Shown piece by piece: positions 25,592-35,498 of a stretch of 64,000 nt of DNA. Source of the stretch: a virus. Its lineage: Duplodnaviria; Caudoviricetes. The notes under the pieces are model-generated. The model saw only the letters and a list, made by a program, of their open reading frames with translations. It made no database searches and was not told the origin of the DNA. Every line of letters begins with the position of its first letter. Positions within the stretch are counted from its first letter, which is position 1. The position numbers and the translations under genes are program-made. The stretch spans positions 96,001-160,000 of IMG/VR virus record IMGVR_UViG_3300020576_005257; one strand, written 5' to 3'.

Positions 25592-27835
25592 TTACCTCAA
25601 CGACACTTTATAATCTTGGAGAATAGGTCCTGTCTTTACCGTAGGTTCTTTTAATAAATCAAACCTAAGGTTTATACTAGAAATAGAAGGGTTATAGTCA
25701 GGTGAAGCCTTATACTCTATCTCATAAGCTGGCCCAGTTCCTTTTATGTATCCATCAATTGGTGATGTATACCAAGTATTAAAGAACACCCTAGTATTTG
25801 TAGAAGACCATGCCCAGTAATTAAAATCTTGTGGAATATTCCAAAGCAATTCAAATTCGGATACTGGTTTAGACTCTCCACTAGCAACTATTTTAGAAAT
25901 TGCAGCTTCGTCTTGGAAAGCAGGATCAAAGAAAGAGGGATATAAAGATAAGAACAAGAATGGTGGATATCCATTTGAACCTAAATCTTCCCCATAAATT
26001 TTGGGGTCTAGTGTGTGAACCATTATCTCTACTAGATTCCAGCCCCTCTTTAATGAGTAACTATAAGAACTTCCATTTTCTCCGATACCGTTAATACCGC
26101 CCTCAATATAACCACCATTTAAATCTTGAGAAGTATAAATGGTAAAAGGTTTAGATGCAGATACAACAGTAGTTCCATTAACAAATAAAGAAAAAGCACC
26201 GTAACTTCTATTTGTTTCGTTAAACGACCTAAAATTTCTAGACCTATACCCCTGCAAGAAGAAGAACTTAGCATAATCAACAAAATAATCCTTCTCAGAG
26301 AAAACATAAAACGAAGTTTTGTAAGTATGGTTTTGTTGGCAGATAGAAGTTACATCAGAACCATAAAGAAGAATAAAACCTAAATCAGAAAAATTCTGGT
26401 TTTCTACTTGATATTGAAAAGGAAGAATATCTCGTCCTTTAATAATCTGAGTAACTTGGCTAGAACCAGGTTTTAAGTAAAGTCGATTTGTTAAGGTTCG
26501 TTCATTAGAAGTAGGAACACTTAACCATGTTCTAAACTTCTTAATATCTTCTTGTTCAAAATCAGTTAGTTGAGGAACATGAGGCATTTCTCCAAGTGCT
26601 ACGTAATCTTTTTTAAAAGCACTTACTTCAACTTGATTTTTACCAATCAACATAATTCCTTCGGTAGGAGTAATGGGCACCTTATCTACAGGTACAGCAT
26701 AATAACCACCATCTTCAATCATATTATTTTTATTAAGTTTTACGATGGTTGTGTCATTAGTATTAATTGGAGTCCAAGTATTTTTAGTTAACTCCCTCCA
26801 GGTTGCTCCCACATCAAAGGACACAAAAGATTTAATCTTGGTTCCAGTAGGAATTTGTGAGTTAAAATCAATAAGCAATTCTGAATAGTTTATAGGGACA
26901 TCAATCGCTTTAGTATACAAAGAAGCAACATCACTTGTGTTCTCCGTATACAGTCTCATATTCCTGATTCCTACAGATTTAGGTAAAACTGCTGTAGCTG
27001 GTTGGTATCCAATACGTATTCTTCTAACTTGCTCTTGACCAATAATAAAAGTAGTTGTCTTATATATAATTTCACTGATAACTTGGCTAAACCCTTTACC
27101 AGTATCTACTTCAATAGTTAAAGTCATACCAAATCCAGTAGGATCTATTTGAAGACTGGAAATATTGTATGGTTTATCAAACTTAAAAGTGCCGTAATTA
27201 AATTCGTTACCAAGAATAAATAATCCCTTCCAACTAGTGCTTTCTAAACCATCTACAGCCATATCTGGCTTAGACCCTAACGAATCCGAACCAGTAGCCC
27301 ATTGGTAAGACTCAACAGTTATGTTGTTAGGAGTTATAGAAGAAGTTTGTAGTGCTGTTGGTAAAAATACAATACCTTCACTGGAATCGATCCAGGCTGT
27401 TGTCTGCAACATATCAATCATTGCAGTGTCATTAAAAGAATTACCAAAAACCCAAACTGATTGACTCTTGCTTTTAAATCCTTCTAATTCAGCAGTATGA
27501 GCAAGTAAGTTAGCTTTGTTTTTTAAATTTTGACTTCTAACCCAAAACTCGTTCTTTATATATCTAAGTTTCTCATTTACGATAATAGCAGATTGTATTC
27601 CAACTGCTAAATCTCTATTTGTATTTACAAAATACTTAGCTATTTTAGCAACATCAATATTATCTCCAACTTTTGGAGTATATGGTCTTGTTAAAGGTAG
27701 GCCATATTCACTTTTGGTTAAGTCACCTACAATTTTCTCAAAAGTCTCTGGGATAGAAACTAATTGAAAACGAGTTAATCCTTTTTTAGCGGCCTCGTCA
27801 AGTAAAACTAATTTTTGTACATTATCAATTAACAT
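25592..27835 (-). CDS. putative virion structural protein, paralogue family A
   Basis: SFNDTAMID..GIVFLP, AVDGLESTSW (discoidin-like), C-terminal GPILQDYKV. Confidence 0.7.
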   Translation of the reverse strand: MLIDNVQKLVLLDEAAKKGLTRFQLVSIPETFEKIVGDLTKSEYGLPLTRPYTPKVGDNIDVAKIAKYFVNTNRDLAVGIQSAIIVNEKLRYIKNEFWVRSQNLKNKANLLAHTAELEGFKSKSQSVWVFGNSFNDTAMIDMLQTTAWIDSSEGIVFLPTALQTSSITPNNITVESYQWATGSDSLGSKPDMAVDGLESTSWKGLFILGNEFNYGTFKFDKPYNISSLQIDPTGFGMTLTIEVDTGKGFSQVISEIIYKTTTFIIGQEQVRRIRIGYQPATAVLPKSVGIRNMRLYTENTSDVASLYTKAIDVPINYSELLIDFNSQIPTGTKIKSFVSFDVGATWRELTKNTWTPINTNDTTIVKLNKNNMIEDGGYYAVPVDKVPITPTEGIMLIGKNQVEVSAFKKDYVALGEMPHVPQLTDFEQEDIKKFRTWLSVPTSNERTLTNRLYLKPGSSQVTQIIKGRDILPFQYQVENQNFSDLGFILLYGSDVTSICQQNHTYKTSFYVFSEKDYFVDYAKFFFLQGYRSRNFRSFNETNRSYGAFSLFVNGTTVVSASKPFTIYTSQDLNGGYIEGGINGIGENGSSYSYSLKRGWNLVEIMVHTLDPKIYGEDLGSNGYPPFLFLSLYPSFFDPAFQDEAAISKIVASGESKPVSEFELLWNIPQDFNYWAWSSTNTRVFFNTWYTSPIDGYIKGTGPAYEIEYKASPDYNPSISSINLRFDLLKEPTVKTGPILQDYKVSLR

Positions 27836-27839
27836 GTTC

Positions 27840-29906
27840 TTAGTTGGGAAGTCCCATAAGAGTATAGTGCTTCAAAATAGGGCTCTTAAATGGATCAAGA
27901 GGATTGCCTCTTATTACTGCCTTAAAATAAACAGTTTGGTTTGGTTCATTAGGAGTAAAAGATTGTTCCAAGGTTGTTTCACTTAATGACTTTACATTAT
28001 TCCATGTACTACCATCAACCGATAAGAAGAATGAAATCCAATCACCCTGTCCCCAATCAGAAGGAATATCATATTCAACAATCAAACCTATTTTCTTTAC
28101 AGGGACTGGAAATTCTCTTTTAACTGAAATAACTTCAGAATAATCTGAGTATGTGGTTCTGTTAAGAGTTATATCTCTAATAGCTACATATGATCTCCAA
28201 CCATTGAAAATATCATAACCATTTTCTTCATTTAAAGTTTTACGAGTAGTAGTAACTGCAAATCCTGTTTTTAAAACATCTGCTACTAACAAACCAGTAC
28301 CAATAACTGGTAGGGCTTTTGTTAAGAAGCTTCCTGCCTTACCAATAACAGAACCCAACCCTCCAAGACCCTTAATACCAGAAAGCAAACCAGAAATTTG
28401 AGTTAATTGGTTTTGACTACCAGCTCCACTTATCAAATTTAAAATCTTTTTGTTGGTACCAGTACCAGATAACAAACCACCTATACCGCCTCCTAACTGA
28501 AAGAGATCATTGAAGAAAGGTTGAGTTGTTCCTAAGAGATTTATTTCTTTTTTGTTGACAGTTAGTCCTAAAGGAGCTTCTGATATAGGTTTTCTTACCC
28601 ACTTATGAGTAGTGTTAGTTGAAGAAGTAATTAAATAACGTCTTTTGGTTTTTTGTTCAATATACTCTTCTTTAAATTGGTGCGCTAATCCTGTTTTTAC
28701 TTGATAAGGTTTCCCTTTAAATATAGCAACTACAGAAGTAATCTCTCTATTCGTCGGAACCGGGAATACACTTCCGATACTTGAAGAACCTGTACGACGT
28801 AAAATTTCTTTTTGTAAGGTTTGAGTAGATTTTGCTTGAATAGTAAGGTCAACATCTTTAGCTAGTAAAATAGATTGTCCTTCACAAATAACACTCAATT
28901 TTTCAAGTAGTACTTGGCCCTGTCCATCTCTTACAAAAGGAATAATTTTAACATCAGAAAGTGGTTGTGGTACTATAAGATCCATTCTGATTTCACAACT
29001 AGCATTATATTTGCTTCCACTAGTTGGATCCTCAAATTCCTCTAAGAACTCAGCCATATTGACCCCTTGTTTGTTAGGACCCAAGTCAACAAAACCATCA
29101 GGATATGTAATTGCTACTCGCCAATCATAATCACTAGTCTCTTTAACTATATCTTTCTTAGGGGAACCTGCACCATAAACCAAAGCTCTTCCTGCTCTTC
29201 TGAGGGGCTGAGTTTTAGGAATTAAGTTTCTTTCTATTTCAAACCAAGTCTGATTATTGTTATCTGAAATATTGCTAATATCTTTAACTTCTGCTTTTTC
29301 TAAAGTAGGAATAGGTGATACATCAACATTTGACAAAGACTTAGTATCCAAAAGAAGCATATTGCAGCCAGGAATACCAGCTAATCTTTCTCTTTCAATA
29401 TTAACGTCAACTAAATCAATAGTTTGTTGTGTAGATGGGTTTAATACAACCGACCCAGTATCGGTATCTATTAATGCTGAAGATTTGGAAGAATCAACAT
29501 AAACATTATCATTAAAACTATCACTAATCCACACATAGTTTTTTGCTTGATCTTGAGTTAAAGAGGTAACGTTTTGTACAGCATCAGAGGTAGTAGAAAT
29601 TATCTTCTCAGCATTCTCTAAATCGGACATAAAAGTGTTATTTATATCTACAAGATCTAAATAGATTAAATCTACAGCTTTAGCTAAGTCATTAACTTGA
29701 CCTACGCTCCATCTAAAATTATCTCCAACTAAATCATCAAGTTTAATTGGATCCGCTAAAGGAGCAATCGGACTAGGATTATTTTTAGCTCCAAGATTTA
29801 ATTCAACAAGAACCTTAAGTACACTTGACTCCAAGCCACCCCGATCAGCAGTGGTGAAATCAACATTTGATAATAATTGTTCTAATTGATCTAATTGGAA
29901 ACTCAT
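27840..29906 (-). CDS. putative virion structural protein, paralogue family A, with Gly-rich amphipathic insert
   Basis: SFNDNVYVD..GSVVLNP, C-terminal SPILKHYTL. Confidence 0.7.
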   Translation of the reverse strand: MSFQLDQLEQLLSNVDFTTADRGGLESSVLKVLVELNLGAKNNPSPIAPLADPIKLDDLVGDNFRWSVGQVNDLAKAVDLIYLDLVDINNTFMSDLENAEKIISTTSDAVQNVTSLTQDQAKNYVWISDSFNDNVYVDSSKSSALIDTDTGSVVLNPSTQQTIDLVDVNIERERLAGIPGCNMLLLDTKSLSNVDVSPIPTLEKAEVKDISNISDNNNQTWFEIERNLIPKTQPLRRAGRALVYGAGSPKKDIVKETSDYDWRVAITYPDGFVDLGPNKQGVNMAEFLEEFEDPTSGSKYNASCEIRMDLIVPQPLSDVKIIPFVRDGQGQVLLEKLSVICEGQSILLAKDVDLTIQAKSTQTLQKEILRRTGSSSIGSVFPVPTNREITSVVAIFKGKPYQVKTGLAHQFKEEYIEQKTKRRYLITSSTNTTHKWVRKPISEAPLGLTVNKKEINLLGTTQPFFNDLFQLGGGIGGLLSGTGTNKKILNLISGAGSQNQLTQISGLLSGIKGLGGLGSVIGKAGSFLTKALPVIGTGLLVADVLKTGFAVTTTRKTLNEENGYDIFNGWRSYVAIRDITLNRTTYSDYSEVISVKREFPVPVKKIGLIVEYDIPSDWGQGDWISFFLSVDGSTWNNVKSLSETTLEQSFTPNEPNQTVYFKAVIRGNPLDPFKSPILKHYTLMGLPN

Positions 29907-29907
29907 T

Positions 29908-32900
29908 TTATGTTCCTTCTCTAAGCGGCGAGGCCGTTCCTTCTCTAGTTCTGAGATTTATTCCAAAAATTCTAGGCGTTGTATTAGCTCCAGAAGATCT
30001 GACTATAGTTACTTCTAGTCTAGGATTAACTCCTAAAGTCTCATACTCAACTGTAATTGTTGCTGGCATTTCCCCGTAGGCAAAAAAGTCTCTGGCAAAA
30101 ACAATGTCACCATCTGGTGTAATATAGTATTCAATAACTGGATAGTAATCATTATTAAGTGTATCAAAATTAGGTCTCTTTAGATTAGGAACCCTACCAG
30201 ATACATAATCAGTCATATTTCTACAAATTGGGAAAGTTTTAGATCCTAATACAACGTCATCAGTTGTAGTCGGAGTATTGATTAAACTTAAAGTATCTGC
30301 AAAATGAGAGTTCTCATTTGTTTTGTTTATATATTTGTAATCAGCAACTAATGTTTCATATCCCTCAGGCATACCGACTTTTAATACGATAACACCATTT
30401 GCACTATTGATACTATAATTATTTGGGGAGATTAAAAGTCTTTCGTGATCTTCGTTTACCCAATAGAGTTTAAACAAACTACCACCTGCTCCCTTAACAA
30501 TAGGTGAAAACTCAGTTCTATACGCAAGCAGCCCAGCTACAGTAGAAGTTTTAGTAGTTGTAAAGTCGCGTGACTTCGGTAACATTCTATTTGCTTTGAA
30601 TCTTTCATATTCTGCTAAGGCTGCTCTTAATATGACCCCAGAAATTCCCCCATCATTTTTTGGTTGAGTGGCTGCTGATATGGAATCATAATTAAAATTA
30701 ACATTAGACTTGTATGGTTTAAAGCCGTCACTGCTCTTTTGGAAGGAGTCAGAGAAATTATTTTTTGGTAGTGAGGCAAGTCTTCCACCAATCAAAGATC
30801 CTCCAAGAGTTGTAAAGTTTGAGTCTTTTCTAGTTGAGAGTGGGTTATTGAATTGACTAAAACCACCACCCTTTGAACCAAAATTACCTTGGAAAAGATC
30901 AATAATTTCTTTTAAGGTTTTTTCCCCGAGGAAAAATGTCTTACTAGAAGAACTAAATCTTCCCTGCCCAAATGCCCAAGGGACAGTTATATTGCCAAAC
31001 GTATGAGTAGGATTTCTAGTTAGAAAATCCTTGAAATAAGTAGAACTTAGATACTGCTCAAAGGTAATATAATCCGAATCTACTTCTACAGAAGTTTCAG
31101 TAATATCAGTTTTCTTTAAGATTTCGTTGACTGCTGTTCTAAGACCTACTGTATCTGGTTTACCATAAATATCTTGTGGAGCAGTCCATCTACTAGTGGC
31201 AACAGTAACCTTAATTGGAATATATCCTGGTGTAGTGATAATATCATCTTGCGAAATATTAATATCACTAGAGTTGGACCTAATATTTTCTCTCAGCAAC
31301 CCATCTCTAATACCCACAATATTCTCAGAATTAGGGTCAAAAAAGTTTGGCCAAATAGAATAAGTTTTGAACCAAGTATTTATAGTACGAATACTAGGCC
31401 TTCGTACATGAGTTACCTTGTTGAGCTGTATTCGACCATCTCTATCAGTACCTTCAAATACTTGTCTGACTTTAATAGGCTCACTAATAATTCGTAAAGG
31501 TGAATTAGTAGCCCATCCAGCAGCTTCTTCTTCGGGGGTAAAGATGCTTAAAATACTTCCTTCACTGTAGACAGCTCTACCGAAATTATCAGCATCGCCT
31601 ACTTTGTAAGGTTTTAAGGGAATTTTAAAGGTATCGTCTTTATCAAAGGGAATTACATAAAAACCAATCCCATTGGTATATAGATTGTCAATATCTACTG
31701 AAATCCAAATATTTCTAATTTCCTTTCTAGTTAGAAGAGGAATAGAAGTTAAAGTAGCCCTGGGGACATATTCTCTGTATCTTAAATCAAGTTCTCTTAA
31801 CCCAAATTTATATGCAAATACTGTTTGTCCAGGTCCAATAGAAGATAGGCTTTTCTTTGTACTATCTACTATATCCTGTAAAGTAGAATCAATATATTCT
31901 GGAAGGATGGTATTTGATATATTATCAGACTTAGATTTGTTCACATAGGACTCTCTACGAGGAGATGTTTGAGTCAAACAGAAACTAAATCTTGAGCTTG
32001 TTACCGTCTTAGGAAGTGGAATTGTTGCTGGAGAATCTATTTTTTGATTACAGGACCATTTCTCCTCACCAAAATATAAGTTAGCAGAACGTATATAAGC
32101 GGTTGCAGATGTCGTAGTACAATTTAAATAAATATCCAATCTTCCAGAAACAGCTCTTTGTGGAGCATAGTCTGAGAATCTTACTTCTTGATAAAATGCT
32201 GGAAGGAGTACTGATGTAGTATAACTAGATATCTCATACCCACTACTATCATACCAAGCTAATCTAGCATTAGTTTGACAGTCTCCCTTAGACTTACCAC
32301 TAATAACCATTTCAGCACGTTGCCCAAAAACAACACCCGAACTTGCTACAATTCCAGACAAGCTGGTATTTAATGCTGTTTGAACATTAAAAATTTGACT
32401 AATCATACCAGACGCTCCTGGTAAAATAGCCAAAGAATTAGTGCTGTCCCTATATGCCTGATTAGCGTAGCTCCAACCAGCACCTGAACTAGCGAAGGTC
32501 GGAGTAAGTAAACAGTTTTTAATAGTTAAAGGAGTCCAACTAACACTAAGTAAATTAAAAGGTTCGGTGCTAATAGGATCAAGAAAAACTTCACCTGCCA
32601 AAGTAGGCCTGTCCATCTTATAAGTTAAAAGAACAGCTGAACCATGGGTGTATTCAGTTGGAAGCCAAGCAATATCTGATGTTGCTGCTTTAACCAATGC
32701 TGGAAGATAAGATGTAGCTAACCAGTAAGTATCCCTAGCACCATCGGTAATAGACCTAACATAACCAATTTGTTCTAGTGGTGTAACTGTTTTTTCTATA
32801 TAAGCAGAACCACCTAAACTACCATTAGATCTGATAGCACTGAAAGAACCTGTATCTGGTAATCTATAACACCCCTCCTCTGCAACAAATCTTAAAGGAG

Positions 32901-33333
32901 GAGCATCTTTATAGTACTTACTGGAAAGATCAATCCAACTAGTATCCCCACCAGAAATAGCAACAGCAGTCGTAGCAGTATTCGGCAATACGCTTCTTAT
33001 TGCTCTAATAGATGCTTCTAGAGTCCTAAGTTTCTTTTCTCCTTCATCAATTCTAGCAAGCAGTTTTTGTCTGAGGGTGTTGATATATTCATCACCTTTA
33101 TTTAAAGCAGCATAAATTCCAGCTAAATCAGAAGAAATATTTAATGAAGAAGTATTCCAGTCTGAAGTATTGTTGATTTCAGAAGGATAAACAGATAGTT
33201 GTTGTACTATTGGTTTCGTTAAATCTTCTGGTTTAACGTCAATAGTCTGATCAGTACTTGATGTAAGAACTCTTTCAAAAGCAGTTCTTGCCCAAGAAAA
33301 AGGAGTTAAATATGCTGTAGCGAACTCATTCAT
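29908..33333 (-). CDS. large putative virion structural protein, paralogue family A
   Basis: SDLAGIYAAL coiled coil, GCYRLP, ITDGARDTYW, C-terminal TPRIFGINL. Confidence 0.7.
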   Translation of the reverse strand: MNEFATAYLTPFSWARTAFERVLTSSTDQTIDVKPEDLTKPIVQQLSVYPSEINNTSDWNTSSLNISSDLAGIYAALNKGDEYINTLRQKLLARIDEGEKKLRTLEASIRAIRSVLPNTATTAVAISGGDTSWIDLSSKYYKDAPPLRFVAEEGCYRLPDTGSFSAIRSNGSLGGSAYIEKTVTPLEQIGYVRSITDGARDTYWLATSYLPALVKAATSDIAWLPTEYTHGSAVLLTYKMDRPTLAGEVFLDPISTEPFNLLSVSWTPLTIKNCLLTPTFASSGAGWSYANQAYRDSTNSLAILPGASGMISQIFNVQTALNTSLSGIVASSGVVFGQRAEMVISGKSKGDCQTNARLAWYDSSGYEISSYTTSVLLPAFYQEVRFSDYAPQRAVSGRLDIYLNCTTTSATAYIRSANLYFGEEKWSCNQKIDSPATIPLPKTVTSSRFSFCLTQTSPRRESYVNKSKSDNISNTILPEYIDSTLQDIVDSTKKSLSSIGPGQTVFAYKFGLRELDLRYREYVPRATLTSIPLLTRKEIRNIWISVDIDNLYTNGIGFYVIPFDKDDTFKIPLKPYKVGDADNFGRAVYSEGSILSIFTPEEEAAGWATNSPLRIISEPIKVRQVFEGTDRDGRIQLNKVTHVRRPSIRTINTWFKTYSIWPNFFDPNSENIVGIRDGLLRENIRSNSSDINISQDDIITTPGYIPIKVTVATSRWTAPQDIYGKPDTVGLRTAVNEILKKTDITETSVEVDSDYITFEQYLSSTYFKDFLTRNPTHTFGNITVPWAFGQGRFSSSSKTFFLGEKTLKEIIDLFQGNFGSKGGGFSQFNNPLSTRKDSNFTTLGGSLIGGRLASLPKNNFSDSFQKSSDGFKPYKSNVNFNYDSISAATQPKNDGGISGVILRAALAEYERFKANRMLPKSRDFTTTKTSTVAGLLAYRTEFSPIVKGAGGSLFKLYWVNEDHERLLISPNNYSINSANGVIVLKVGMPEGYETLVADYKYINKTNENSHFADTLSLINTPTTTDDVVLGSKTFPICRNMTDYVSGRVPNLKRPNFDTLNNDYYPVIEYYITPDGDIVFARDFFAYGEMPATITVEYETLGVNPRLEVTIVRSSGANTTPRIFGINLRTREGTASPLREGT

Positions 33334-35498
33334 TAAATCACCGCCAAATCGCTGACGTAAGCACCATCAATACCATTAGCTACAACTGCTCCCTTAACAT
33401 AAATTGTCCTAACCCCGTCTCGATAGACTCTGGGTATTAAAGATAGAGGTACGCTAAAGGTAGCAAATTTAAGATCAGCACTAAAAGTTATGTAATCTGG
33501 ATTATTAGGAATATGTATATATCCAATCTTCTGAGGGTCTGGTGTAAAGTTTAAGTCCCACCAATTCTCAACATCTCTTGTAGAAGTAGTGGCTGATTTA
33601 CTAAAACCTAATTCATAATCATTATTTCCAATCGCTCCAAAATAATTACTAAGAGCATTGTTTCTCCATATTTGCATAGTGAAATATAGTCTCTTAGAAT
33701 CATTAGTTAAATCTACAGGAGTAGGAAGTCTCAACACAGCAGAAAAGTCAAGAATCTGACTTCCACTTGGATCCCAATCCATAGACATAAGAACTCTACC
33801 TGGAAGAGGTTGAGCAGGAATACCGTCTCCAAATTCCCAAGGTAACTTGGGATTAGTTCTATAACCATCAACCGTCACATTTGATGGATCATTCCATCTA
33901 AACAGATTAGTATTAGGTTCTACAACCCCTGTTGTAGCTACAGTTTGAGCTAATGAGGAGTAAGTCATATTGGCTGCTGTTCCCGTTTTCAGGAAGAACG
34001 CATTTAAGTTTAAAGTAACTGGACTAAAACTAGACCCACTTCCATAAACAACATCGTCAAGAAAAAGCCATTTATTAGCAGTACTTAATCCTGATGATCT
34101 TTTAGGAATACTAAAGAACCCTTGTTCTCCGTCTCCTAAAGCACTTCCTGTACCATCATTATAGGATAAGACAGTAGACCAACCCCCACCACTTACTGAT
34201 GATTGAAGTGCAATTAATGTACCAGTGGCAGCTAGTTTATATTTAATATCATAACTACTGGAGTGTAAACTAAGGGTAGTTGGACCAGCTAAAATTGTAC
34301 AACCTGGAAGTGTAGCCGATGCTTTAGGAAGAGCCCCACCACCTGAAGTTATATAAGTAGTAGTTAAAATATTGGTATTAGCAGCAAGATTTGCATTATT
34401 AAATCTAACTAGATAACCCGTTCTGTACGAGACTTCCGAAGTCGCTGTCGCTGTGCTACTTTCCGACCCAGCTTGATCCCCAAGCAATAAACCATAACCG
34501 CTGTAATAAGTAGAATCAAACCCAGCAGACCGAATAGCAACACCCACAGCACCAAAAGGTACTCCATAAACAACATCATCAGAAGCAAAACCTACAATTC
34601 TAAATTCTATAAATTGATCCGAGGAAGTATTATTAATACCATTATATAGTTTAACAAAACCCCCGTAACCTCCACCAGAATGAGTAGAAGATAATCCAAT
34701 ATGTCTTTTATTATTAGCTAAATCTAAGCTCAAACCACCCCACGTAGATCGTGTGGCAACTGGCATAGCCGAAATAAAGTGCTTATTAGTCTCCGTTGCT
34801 ATGCCTCCAGGTGTGGACACAATACATATGGATTGATATTGTGTAGCTGATAAGAAATTGAGTTGACCCGTAATAGCTGCTGCTGTGACCGTTCCTATAT
34901 AGGAACTCCACGCTTTACCCACAGAAGTTAATCCTTCTCCAAAATATGTGGTAGTACTTGGGGTTGTTGTGGCATTAAAAGAGTTCACTCTGACATTAAA
35001 GATGTTTCCACTAACTGGAGATAAAATACATTGATAATAATTTTTACCAAGTAAGTCATTCCAAGTTTTTATACTAGTAGGGGAGGTGTTCGCATACTCT
35101 CCTTGTATACTAGAAGGAGTGTTGGGAACTTCATCTGCACGAACTGCTAAACTAAAAGTAGGATCAGTAAACGGACTATTACCAAATAACGTAGGAACCG
35201 TCATTGTAAAAGTTTGCTGATTAGAAGATAACGTAAAACCAGAAATAGCCTGAGCTACGTAAAGCTGAGCCCCAGAAATTAAAGCACCGTTGGGATAATA
35301 TCCTTGAATATTAGCACCAGCATATCCAATTAAGTAATCTTCTAACTTAAATACAGCATCAAAATAATGATTTAAATGATCAGCTGATTCCAAACTATCA
35401 GGTAAATATGTATTATACGGTTGCTTAATAGCAAACGCATCCATTGACCCGTCACTGGGATCAAAATTTGATAGTTGTCCTTGTCTAAATCCTGGCAT
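33333..35498 (-). CDS. putative tail fibre / receptor-binding protein
   Basis: Ser/Thr/Gly-rich; ADHLNHYFDAVFKLE motif; lectin-like beta-sandwich shared with 35499..37520. Confidence 0.6.
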   Translation of the reverse strand: MPGFRQGQLSNFDPSDGSMDAFAIKQPYNTYLPDSLESADHLNHYFDAVFKLEDYLIGYAGANIQGYYPNGALISGAQLYVAQAISGFTLSSNQQTFTMTVPTLFGNSPFTDPTFSLAVRADEVPNTPSSIQGEYANTSPTSIKTWNDLLGKNYYQCILSPVSGNIFNVRVNSFNATTTPSTTTYFGEGLTSVGKAWSSYIGTVTAAAITGQLNFLSATQYQSICIVSTPGGIATETNKHFISAMPVATRSTWGGLSLDLANNKRHIGLSSTHSGGGYGGFVKLYNGINNTSSDQFIEFRIVGFASDDVVYGVPFGAVGVAIRSAGFDSTYYSGYGLLLGDQAGSESSTATATSEVSYRTGYLVRFNNANLAANTNILTTTYITSGGGALPKASATLPGCTILAGPTTLSLHSSSYDIKYKLAATGTLIALQSSVSGGGWSTVLSYNDGTGSALGDGEQGFFSIPKRSSGLSTANKWLFLDDVVYGSGSSFSPVTLNLNAFFLKTGTAANMTYSSLAQTVATTGVVEPNTNLFRWNDPSNVTVDGYRTNPKLPWEFGDGIPAQPLPGRVLMSMDWDPSGSQILDFSAVLRLPTPVDLTNDSKRLYFTMQIWRNNALSNYFGAIGNNDYELGFSKSATTSTRDVENWWDLNFTPDPQKIGYIHIPNNPDYITFSADLKFATFSVPLSLIPRVYRDGVRTIYVKGAVVANGIDGAYVSDLAVI

